NCBI GenBank assembly: GCA_963787835.1
Contig: CAWBEI010000002.1
Coordinates: forward strand, 256,001 to 320,000
Length of the DNA stretch: 64,000 nucleotides
Direction of reading: 5' to 3'
DNA from: Ignavibacteriota bacterium
Lineage (GTDB): Bacteria; Bacteroidota; Ignavibacteria; Palsa-1295
Under the pieces are notes generated by a model. The model was not told the DNA's origin, did not search any database, and saw only the letters and a list, made by a program, of their open reading frames with translations. Positions 10,801 through 19,609 of the stretch are shown one piece after another. A program made the translations under genes and the position numbers. Numbering within the stretch: position 1 is the stretch's first letter; every line of letters begins with the position of its first letter.

Positions 10801-11532
10801 CGTACCACCCGTCGCGCTATTATCAATGTTGGTGGTCGGATTCGAACCACTGTTATTGAGGCCACCGCCGCTTGGCGTGAGGATTCCACCAGAGAAGCTT
10901 GCCTGGCCCTGGTTCGTTACATACCATGAGTCGCCAGAAATGTCATCACTGCCCGCCGCACCAGTATTTGTTACCGTAAGTGGGGTGGTAGCCGTTGAGG
11001 AGCTGAAGTTTTGCGCACCCGTCCATGTGTTAGGATTCGTAAGGTTGATACCGAGAGCATTGGTGCTAACCGTCAACGTGCTATTGATGTCCAGCACATT
11101 AGCATCCAAGGAGCCAACGGCAACTTGGCCGATTCCACTGCCGTAGTTATTGAGTGCTCCAACGATGTCCGTTCCAGCGGTATTTTCAATGACCGTAGCT
11201 GCGGACGTCCCCCCCACATCACCGCTCAAATTCACGGTGAGTCCGGAGGCAGGGTTGGTCCAGCTCAGACCCCCCGTCGTGGTGTTCATGGTAAGCACAT
11301 ACCCGACAACGCCGCCAGGCTCCGTGCCCGGGAACGTCAGCGTGAACGAGTTTGCCGCAGGAACGGCCGCGTTAAGCGTCACCGTTTTTCCGGTGTTCGT
11401 TCCCCCTCCGGCAAGTATCACTTCCGTGCTGAAGTCGGATTTATAGGTTTGCGCGTTCACAGTAGTGGCCGGCAGCAGCATCGCATATGCAGCAAGCATC
11501 GCGACTGGAATCGCAAGTTTAAGGTATTTCAT
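7873..11532 (-). CDS. Secreted fibre-like protein, 1219 aa, head type 2
   Basis: Signal peptide TVNA-Q; N-terminal third nearly identical in protein to 4192-7644; repeated DSSTTxxAGxVxFTGxV units; ends GQIITLVN...VTLIYDGSKWRLIGAE. Confidence 0.9.
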   Translation of the reverse strand: MKYLKLAIPVAMLAAYAMLLPATTVNAQTYKSDFSTEVILAGGGTNTGKTVTLNAAVPAANSFTLTFPGTEPGGVVGYVLTMNTTTGGLSWTNPASGLTVNLSGDVGGTSAATVIENTAGTDIVGALNNYGSGIGQVAVGSLDANVLDINSTLTVSTNALGINLTNPNTWTGAQNFSSSTATTPLTVTNTGAAGSDDISGDSWYVTNQGQASFSGGILTPSGGGLNNSGSNPTTNIDNSATGGTNNIGNSTSTTNVYGNTNINSPVTGPDANTDIDATGDKGVVTIGNNGTGSGDSSTTYLAGAVDFTGTVQLPSGSVTAGSIGLTNQYMLVGNTSNDATPLAPSANSVLITNAASPIGTPQWSQTLPSGLTYPAAQITGAGNIGGSTVINTTGSIQTTGILRTTGGGAADINTTGTSPVNIGDTSGAMNINIGNSAGPSTTTVLGNTNINSPATGPDNNTDIDATGSMGVVTIGNNGTAGATPPYSDSSTTYLAGAVNFTGTVNIPAGDLNLGLASADIFVGNGATPSIATGVAMSGDVHIDNTGKTTIQPSAVTNGDLANDATTVTAGSGLSGGGSAVLGSGTTLSINDAYGNTWSTLQTFNGGLTETGNANLNNSPANTVVNSTTNIDAGTGTEGVINIGNNGGTTPGDSSTTNMAGTVNFTGAVNIPAGDLNLGLAYENIFVGNNGTPNVAAPLAPSSNSVFITAGSDHTTPEWATTLPSDLTIPTLTASSSTNGVAGAALSLNNTDVSGTSLDVSGTGNTWNVTNTGVATFNGGVNTSDGNASNISNTIGSSGTGSTTTINGANTNINNSTTGSIVNSTTNLDAGVGSEGVINIGNNGSVGNPGDSSTTNIAGAVNFTGAVNIPAGDLNLGLASADIFVGNGATPSIATGVAMSGDVHIDNTGKTTIQPSAVTNGDLANDATTVTAGSGLSGGGSAVLGSGTTLSINDAYSNSWSTLQTFSTVTSTGNTTIDVPSPAGATGTTNINAGTGTTLGNINIGNNGTAHTIGTLDSSLTTINGDVNLTGNVDFTGTVKLPAGSVTPSSLSLTTSHLFVGNASSDAEDVGMTGDAGIVFTAGTPDVGKVTVSAASGASGFTVTNATQLNGTLTAVGQTTLGSTALSSATVAAAATLTLTTSNSAYLLTATAAPVTVNSITGANTTAGQIITLVNTDPTNNITLHSNGSLVLNGGDVIMTPGGSVTLIYDGSKWRLIGAE
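8670..10045. repeat. Near-identical ~290-bp direct repeat pair inside the 1219-aa fibre gene (~8670-8960 and ~9755-10045)
   Basis: ATGCTCAAGGTCGTACCAGAGCCAAGAACTGCAGAACC... at 8681 and 9767 (offset 1086); encodes duplicated GDLNLGLASADIFVGNG...SGTTLSINDAY. Confidence 0.9.
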
Positions 11533-11616
11533 GTGTTGTTTCGTGAATTAGATTAATGGAGATGAAGTTAGGAATAATCGCAAAAATCGCTAAGTTATCG
11601 CAAAAACACTTTGTAG

Positions 11617-13017
11617 CTAATCGTTTGTCGAGACCAGTACCCACTTACCAAGGTGAGATGGGTCCGCATTGTCGTTCGTGTCGTAAAGAAATGTTGCCGC
11701 CCCTTTTTGGCCAAGTAGAATGGGCTTGCCGCCAGGGAGATCGAACTCGTCCACGGAAGCAGAATTCGCATCCAGGTTCGTGATCTGGATGATGTCGCCA
11801 GGATCGCTGCTCACGTTTGCGATCGTTACCATTCTACCGTCTGGAACGCTCGTGCTTGAAATTCCGCTGACGTTGATCTGCTTCGCAGGACTATTGGTGT
11901 TCGAAAGACGAATATACCCAACGGAATTAGCAACTGTATAAGGACTTTGATCCGTCGAGACGGCGTCAGATGCAATTGTTGGGGTTACTGTCGCCCCGTT
12001 GGTGATGTAGGACACCGCATGGGTGGTAGGATCCACGCCAAGCACCTGTCCGTCTGTACCCTGAGGAAGTCTTGAGAGGGCCGTTGTAGAACTTGCAACA
12101 AGAATGTCTCCGGTGGCGTACGTGCTATTGCCAGTTCCTCCTGCGACAGCGTTGACGGGTGCTGCCGGAGCATTCGCATTCAGCGAGGCCGCGATGTCGG
12201 TGCTGGCCGATTGGTTCGCCGCGATCGTTGGATTTGGATAGGTATTTGCAAGGTCGCCTCCGGCATTTCCGGAGGGAGCCGCTCCGATGGCGGTAAGTTG
12301 TCCGCCTGGGGTGACCGTGATGGTCGTATTATCAACAGAAACCACGCCAACGGAACTGGACGTTGCGATCGGAAGGTCTCCCGTGGGAATCGTTCCGGTG
12401 TTCGTTAAATTATCATTAGCATCGGTAAAGACCGGCATCGAGGCCGTAAGGCCAGCGATGTTCACATTTCCGGAGGTAACCGAAAGCGCGGTACCGCTCG
12501 CAACGGTATTGCTCGCTACGATCGGTGCGTTCGCATTAGATATATTCGAAAAGCTTTTTTGACCACTAATTGCCTGAGCGCCCTGGGTCATGACGAAACT
12601 CGCATTGGCTCCGGATGCTGGGATTGTGTCGATAAATGTGGATGTGCCTGGGTTCGCGGCCTGAATTTTAACATAGCCGTTTCCTCCAACATTGTAGAAT
12701 TTGAGCGTTCCCGTAAGCGGGGTGTAGGGAGTGAGCGCATTAGATGGTTCGCCGATATTAGCGTTTTGAAGATGAAGTATTTGCTCCTCACCCATATTGA
12801 GATTGGAGACGGAACGGCCGTTAAACGTGAGCGTGTTCGAGTTTGAACCGCCGAGGACCAGATTCCCGTCGATCGTGGTGTTGCCAGAAGATGTATTAAG
12901 AAATACATCCTGCTGAACGGTCAGGGTTCCATTGATGACTTGATTCTGCGCGAATACCGTATCAACTCCTCCGAGCAGGAAGAGGCACGCTAAGCCTATT
13001 TTAGTTATTTTTTGCAT
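11617..13017 (-). CDS. Secreted fibre-like protein, ~466 aa, head type 2
   Basis: Probable ATG at 13017; signal peptide TVFA-Q; QAISGQKSF, GGDLANTYPNPT and AGGTG motifs; ends GRMVTIAN...ATFLYD...WVLVSTND. Confidence 0.85.
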   Translation of the reverse strand: MQKITKIGLACLFLLGGVDTVFAQNQVINGTLTVQQDVFLNTSSGNTTIDGNLVLGGSNSNTLTFNGRSVSNLNMGEEQILHLQNANIGEPSNALTPYTPLTGTLKFYNVGGNGYVKIQAANPGTSTFIDTIPASGANASFVMTQGAQAISGQKSFSNISNANAPIVASNTVASGTALSVTSGNVNIAGLTASMPVFTDANDNLTNTGTIPTGDLPIATSSSVGVVSVDNTTITVTPGGQLTAIGAAPSGNAGGDLANTYPNPTIAANQSASTDIAASLNANAPAAPVNAVAGGTGNSTYATGDILVASSTTALSRLPQGTDGQVLGVDPTTHAVSYITNGATVTPTIASDAVSTDQSPYTVANSVGYIRLSNTNSPAKQINVSGISSTSVPDGRMVTIANVSSDPGDIIQITNLDANSASVDEFDLPGGKPILLGQKGAATFLYDTNDNADPSHLGKWVLVSTND

Positions 13018-13112
13018 GTTTCGCAATGTTCACAAAATTCGCACTTGTAACCCTCATCCAGCCCCGCGATGCATCACCATAATGCGGCGCGAAACCGGAA
13101 AAAAGACCGAAC

Positions 13113-16100
13113 CTATCGGCTCGGATTCACAATTATATAACCTACATTCACCGTCTTATTTGCCGTTGAAGTTTTACCGCTCAGTACATTCTGAGTAAGC
13201 ACCAAAGTAAAGTGACCGCTTGTCTGCCCCGTCGCTTGCACCGTGTATGTTGACTTTCCAGCATCGGGATCATTTTGAACCGTCGCCATAATAATGCTTG
13301 TAGATGAGCAGTACTCATTGCCCACCTGAAAATCTGCTTCTTGAATGTAAGGACCAGATTCAGATGCAAATCCCGACGCAAGTTGAACCAACCCCGAAGG
13401 GCCTTCCGATCCGGATACAGCGTTGTTTACCGTCGTGACACCGCTGCCGTTTTCGCCGTTCGGATTCGACGTCATTCCCATCGTCAGCTCACCGTTCTCG
13501 ACATCCAGCGCCACATTTGTTTGGCCGTCTCCCGTTTCCCCATTTCCGCCCTGCGCAAGCACGCCGATGCTTTCAGTGTTGGTGGCAGAATTGCCGCTCG
13601 CAAGACCCCAAACGCCAATTACGGTTCTTCCCGAGGAATTACCTGCGGTTCCGACCGCCTCACCACGAACGCCAAAGGAGCCCGTGAAACCAGAGCCGCC
13701 AAAATTATAGTCATTATTCAGTTCACTATACGAGGTGGTCGCGTTGGTTACACCATAGATTCCAGAAATAGAGCCTTGTGCAAGAATACCGTTCGGGTAA
13801 TTAGCACTTGTAATTCCGATAGCAGCACCTGAATGGTTTGTATTGTCGGAGTTCGAACCCGCCATCTTGATCGAGTAAGTAGGAGTCGATGCCGTGCTGG
13901 AAAGCCCACCCGCAGTAAAAATATCACCTGAAACGCCCTCCAATTTGGCTGCGATGTCCGGTGCATGTGTGGTACCTACAAGGAGGCCAAAAGAACCCGC
14001 TGTAGCAGTAGTCGTTCCGTTGACGGTAATTCCAGCCGAGGATGCACCCGGTGTGAAAGTCGCCGCGATTGCAGTGTTGGTCGATGTGCTGCCGGTTGCA
14101 GAAACATTCAGACCGGTTGCAGTTCCACCGGATGTAGCAATAGACTTAATAGTGGCCCCCAACGCGCTTGCAACACCCGCAGAAGGGTATTCCACATCAA
14201 ATAGCTCATCTCCCGTAGTCGCCGTAATCTGTGCATTGGCAGGAGCGACATTATAATTCACGGCTGTACCGGTGTTCACAGTATTAAGCACTGTACCGTT
14301 AAAGGTTAGCCCCGATCCCAGCGTGATCTCGCTCGGAGCGGCCGATGCTCCGGTCGGATTACCGAGAAGAGTGACCGTGCTTTCCTGCTGAATATCGCCA
14401 TACGTCACTGCATTCGCGGTGATCGATGTGGCATTACCAACCGACGTCACCGGACCCGTCAGGTTCGCATCCGTCGTTACCGTGGCCGCATTACCAGAGA
14501 TGCTGATCCCCGCTGTGCCCGCCGAAATATTCGCCGCCGTCAGGTTCGTGAGTGCCGAGCCATTACCCGCAGCATAGTTCGTACCTGTTAACGTATTCAT
14601 CGCCGCAGTCACCGTGATCGGCGCAGCGCCCGTGAACGTCACACCGTTGATCGTTGCACCCGGAGAAAGCGCGGAAGCCGTCGCTGCATTACCCGATGTG
14701 TTCGACGTGATCGTAGCCGGAAGGTCCGTCGCTGCGATCGAACGGAAGGCCGGAACACTGCCCGCCGTCGTATTCGCAAAAAATTGATTTGCACTCGCTA
14801 CCGTCGATAATGTAAACGACAGTGCAGGAGTCGATGTCGGCGTGGCAACCGACGTCGTGAACAATGGGCTCAAGTTGCCGCTCGAGAACGAGGTAACTGT
14901 GCCGCCGCTACCGGTGGCTGTCAGGGTCGTTCCACTAAAGGCAAGACCGGAGCCGAGCGTGATCTCGCTCGGAGCGGCCGATGCTCCGGTCGGATTACCG
15001 AGAAGAGTGACCGTGCTTTCCTGCTGAATATCGCCATACGTCACTGCATTCGCGGTGATCGATGTGGCATTACCAACCGACGTCACCGGACCCGTCAGGT
15101 TCGCATCCGTCGTTACCGTGGCCGCATTACCAGAGATGCTGATCCCCGCTGTGCCCGCCGAAATATTCGCCGCCGTCAGGTTCGTGAGTGCCGAGCCATT
15201 ACCCGCAGCATAGTTCGTACCTGTTAACGTATTCATCGCCGCAGTCACCGTGATCGGCGCAGCGCCCGTGAACGTCACACCGTTGATCGTTGCACCCGGA
15301 GAAAGCGCGGAAGCCGTCGCTGCATTACCCGATGTGTTCGACGTGATCGTAGCCGGAAGATCCGTTGCCGCGATCGAACGGAACGCCGGAGTGCTGCCAC
15401 CGGTCGTGTTCGCGAAAAATTGATTCGCTGCAGTCACCGTCGATAATGTGAATGACAGTGCAGGAGTCGATGTCGGCGTGGCAACCGACGTCGTGAACAA
15501 TGGGCTCAAGTTGCCGCTCGAGAACGAGGTAACTGTGCCGCCGCTACCGGTGGCTGTCAGGGTCGTTCCACTAAAGGCAAGACCGGAGCCGAGCGTGATC
15601 TCGCTCGGAGCGGCCGATGCTCCGGTCGGATTACCGAGAAGGGTGACCGTACTTTCCTTCTGAATATCGCCGTACGTCACTGCATTCGCCGTGATCGATG
15701 TGGCATTACCAACCGACGTGACCGGACCCGTCAGGTTCGCATCCGTCGTTACCGTCGCCGCATTGCCACTGGTGCTGTTCGTGATCGCGCCGCTGCATCG
15801 ATAACCGATGCCGAGATGCTGCCCACTGTCGGGTTCGGATAGGTGCCCGTCAGGCCGCCGCCCGCTGTGCCGCTGGGTGCCGCTGTCACCGTAATGTTCG
15901 AACCGCCTGTGAAGAGTACACCATTGATCTGGGCACCCGGAGAAAGCGCGGAAGCCGTCGCTGCATTACCCGATGTGTTCGATGTGATCGTAGCCGGAAG
16001 GTCCGTTGCTGCGATCGAACGGAAGGCCGGAACACTGCCCGCCGTCGTATTCGCAAAAAATTGATTTGCACTCGCTACCGTCGATAATGTGAATGACAGT

Positions 16101-18835
16101 GCAGGGGTCGAGGTCGGCGTGGCAACCGACGTTGTGAACAATGGGCTCAAATTCCCGCTTGAGAACGAGGTAACCGTTCCGCCGCTACCGGTAGCCGTCA
16201 GGGTCGTTCCACTAAAGGCGAGACCGGAGCCAAGCGTGATCTCGCTCGGAGCGGCCGATGCTCCGGTCGGATTACCAAGAAGGGTGACCGTGCTTTCCTT
16301 CTGAATATCGCCGTACGTCACCGCATTTGCTGTGATCGATGTGGCATTACCAACCGACGTCACCGGACCCGTCAGGTTCGCATCCGTCGTTACCGTGGCC
16401 GCATTACCAGAGATGCTGATCCCCGCTGTGCCCGCCGAAATATTCGCCGCCGTCAGGTTCGTGAGTGCCGAGCCATTACCCGCAGCATAGTTCGTACCTG
16501 TTAACGTATTCATCGCCGCAGTCACCGTGATCGGCGCAGCGCCCGTGAACGTCACACCGTTGATCGTTGCACCCGGAGAAAGCGCGGAAGCCGTCGCTGC
16601 ATTACCCGATGTGTTCGACGTGATCGTAGCCGGAAGGTCCGTTGCTGCGATCGAACGGAACGCAGGAACACTGCCCGCCGTCGTATTCGCAAAAAATTGA
16701 TTTGCACTCGCTACCGTCGATAATGTGAATGACAGTGCAGGAGTCGAGGTCGGCGTGGCAACTGACGTCGTGAACAATGGGCTCAAGTTGCCGCTCGAGA
16801 ACGAGGTGAGCGATCCACTGTTTGTAGTGTTCAAAACAGAGCCCGTAAAGCTTAAACCCGAACCCAGCGTGATCTCGCTCGGAGCCTGGTTCGTCGCAGC
16901 CGTCGGATTGCCAAGCAATGTGGTGTGCGTCTCGTTCTGAATATTCGCATACGTCACTGCACCATTCGTGATCGTCGTCGCATTACCGACCGATGTGACC
17001 GGACCCGTCAGGTTCGCATCCGTCGTTACCGTGGCCGCATTGCCACTGGTGCTGTTCGTGATCGCGCCCGCTGCATCGATAACCGATGCCGAGATGCTGC
17101 CTACCGTCGGGTTCGGATAGGTGCCCGTCAGGCCGCCGCCCGCTGTGCCGCTGGGTGCCGCTGTCACCGTAATGTTCGAACCGCCTGTGAAGAGTACACC
17201 ATTGATCTGGGCACCCGGAGAAAGCGCGGAAGCCGTCGCTGCATTACCCGATGTGTTCGATGTGATCGTAGCCGGAAGGTCCGTTGCTGCGATCGAACGG
17301 AAGGCCGGAACACTGCCCGCCGTCGTATTCGCAAAAAATTGATTTGCACTCGCTACCGTCGATAATGTGAATGACAGTGCAGGGGTCGAGGTCGGCGTGG
17401 CAACCGACGTTGTGAACAATGGGCTCAAATTCCCGCTCGAAAATGAGGTGAGCGATCCACTATTCGTGGTGTTCAAAACAGAGCCCGTAAAGCTTAAACC
17501 CGATCCCAACGTGATCTCGCTCGGAGCCTGGTTCGTCGCAGCCGTCGGATTGCCAAGCAATGTGGTGTGCGTCTCGTTCTGAATATTCGCATACGTCACT
17601 GCACCATTCGTGATCGTCGTCGCATTACCAACCGAGGTCACCGGACCCGTCAGATTCGCATCCGTGGTTACCGTGGCCGCATTGCCACTGGTGCTGTTCG
17701 TGATCGCGCCCGCTGCATCGATAACCGATGCCGAGATGCTGCCTACTGTGGGGTTCGGATAGGTGCCCGTCAGGCCGCCGCCCGCTGTGCCGCTGGGTGC
17801 CGCTGTCACCGTAATGTTCGAAGCACCCGTGAAGTTTACACCGTTGATCTGGGCACCCGGAGAAAGCGCTGAAGCCGTCGCTGCATTACCCGTCGTGTTC
17901 GACGTGATCGTAGCCGGAAGGTCCGTTGCTGCGATCGAACGGAACGCCGGAGCGCTACCACCCGCTAAGTTAGCGAAAAATTGATTTGCACCCGCCACCG
18001 TCGATAACGTGAACGACAGCGCTGGGGTCGTCGTCGGTGTCGCAACCGATGTTGTGAACAATGGACTCAGGTTCCCACTTGAAAACGACGTCACGGTACC
18101 ACTGCTCGCCGTGACATTCAATGTGGTTCCGGAAAAGCTAAGCCCAGAACCCAGCGTGATCTCCTCCGGAGCCTGTCCTGATCCCGTCGGATTGCCCAAC
18201 AAAGAGTGAGCACCCTCATTCTGGATCTTACCGTAGGAAATGGTGCTATTTGTGATGTCATTGTTAACTATGGCACTCCAGCTTGGCGGCGTTGAGCCAT
18301 GCAACACCGTGTTCGCACCACCGTTCGCGATAGTAACGAAATTCCCGCTGCCATCGGTCGAGACATTCGAATTCGGAGTCAAGGCACCGGCTGCCGTTAC
18401 GATCCCAAGTTGTGCCGTCGTGGCATAGTCCCACGCACCATCGCTTCCGCCGTTATGGCCATCGCCGCTTAAGCTTGGCTGGTTCGGATACAGCCAGTAG
18501 GGAATAGTTACCGTGGTAGGATACGGAGACGCTGTTGGTGTTAATGGGCCAACATAAAGAAATCCGCTCTGGGCATTATTCGTCGGAGGAATGGGAACTT
18601 CCCAGATAAGAGGCGCATACGGCGGCGAGGTATGAGACCAGGCATTTGCTTCCGGACTTCCATAGAGCGGCGCCTGAATTGAAACGGTGTGTCCATGATA
18701 ATCATCCAGCACGAGCGCACCGCCCGCAATACCTCGAACCTGACCGATGGCATCTTGAGTTAACACGGTTCCCGCAAAGGCAACGAGAAAAAGGCATGCA
18801 CGAAAGGGAGAAGGGGAAAGATTGGCTTTTTTCAT
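13113..18835 (-). CDS. Giant secreted fibre-like protein (~1907 aa if the 1-nt deletion at ~15790 is repaired), head type 3
   Basis: ATG at 18835 (MKKANLSPSPFRACLFLVAFAGTVLTQDAIG-Q); ORFs 15749-18982 and 13113-15680 join by restoring one C: GATCGCGCCGCTGCA at ~15783 versus GATCGCGCCCGCTGCA in sister repeats at ~17060 and ~17702. Confidence 0.85.
14270..18230. repeat. About six tandem 636/642-bp intragenic repeats (212/214 aa)
   Basis: Equivalent positions at 14812, 15448, 16089, 16725, 17367 and 18009 (spacings 636, 641, 636, 642, 642). Confidence 0.92.
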
Positions 18836-19609
18836 CACAAAACTATGAATGCTATTAAGAGTAATGATCCACCCGAAAAAGTACTTTTTAATTTTTATCG
18901 CAGCTCGACTATTCCTCACCGTCACGCAGGAACTATTGTATCCCGGAACTATAACGCGCGACATTCTCTCACGTGCGACCAATGAGAAACAGATTTACGT
19001 AATCCGGTCGTTTCCAACCCGTTCCACGCAAACATCGTTCGATGTCACCATCGAAGCAGGATGAAAGTTTTCGGCCCGCACCCTCTCGTTCGTTATACTT
19101 TATGCAACCAAGAAACATCTCGCAGACGGGATCGCAAAAAACCCGCCCATCGATACATGCTCGCCGCCATAAGCGAGATTCAAGTCAGAATCCGAGGCTC
19201 CAACGATCCTATTCGCAAAAACAAGGATGAAAGAGAATATCGCATTCCCATAGATCGCACTAGCTCCCGGCCTCCCAGCTAACAGATAAGCGTTAGTAAA
19301 CATTATGCCAACCGGGAAAACCGCTTTATTTTGCCAATTTCAAAGGTTGTCTTTATGACATTGTCCGTTTATGAAACAAAAATATCAAATTGTTTTTCAA
19401 AATCGGACAAGAACAGAAAACGCTTTTAATTAGAAAACTAAGTGCTAAATAAATGCAGGGATCTAAGGTTTGAAATCAATATACTATGATTATAGCTCTA
19501 TTCTGATTTCTTTCGTTAGAAGTGATGTCATGACAGCATCCATCTGAAATAGGTTTCTTAAAAAAATAACGGAGAAAAGTATTTCTTTCAGAAACCCCAT
19601 CTTCCTCGT

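Noticed and set aside
8503-10929. Long plus-strand ORFs (359 and 511 aa) and many similar antisense ORFs over the fibre genes
   Set aside because: Shadow frames produced by the biased codon content of the minus-strand genes; no signal or family motifs
14270-18230. CRISPR array or non-coding satellite
   Set aside because: Units are 636/642 bp, in frame and protein-coding, with no repeat-spacer structure
1-18835. Prophage, tailocin or eCIS tail-fibre locus
   Set aside because: All fibres have signal peptides; no capsid, sheath, baseplate, terminase, lysis or integrase genes in the window
474-18835. Trimeric autotransporters, two-partner secretion substrates or ice-nucleation proteins
   Set aside because: No C-terminal membrane anchor, TPS domain or TpsB gene; no AGYGST octapeptide periodicity
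18849-19303. Small ORFs in the leader region (62-73 aa)
   Set aside because: Overlapping on both strands, with no recognisable motifs or RBS
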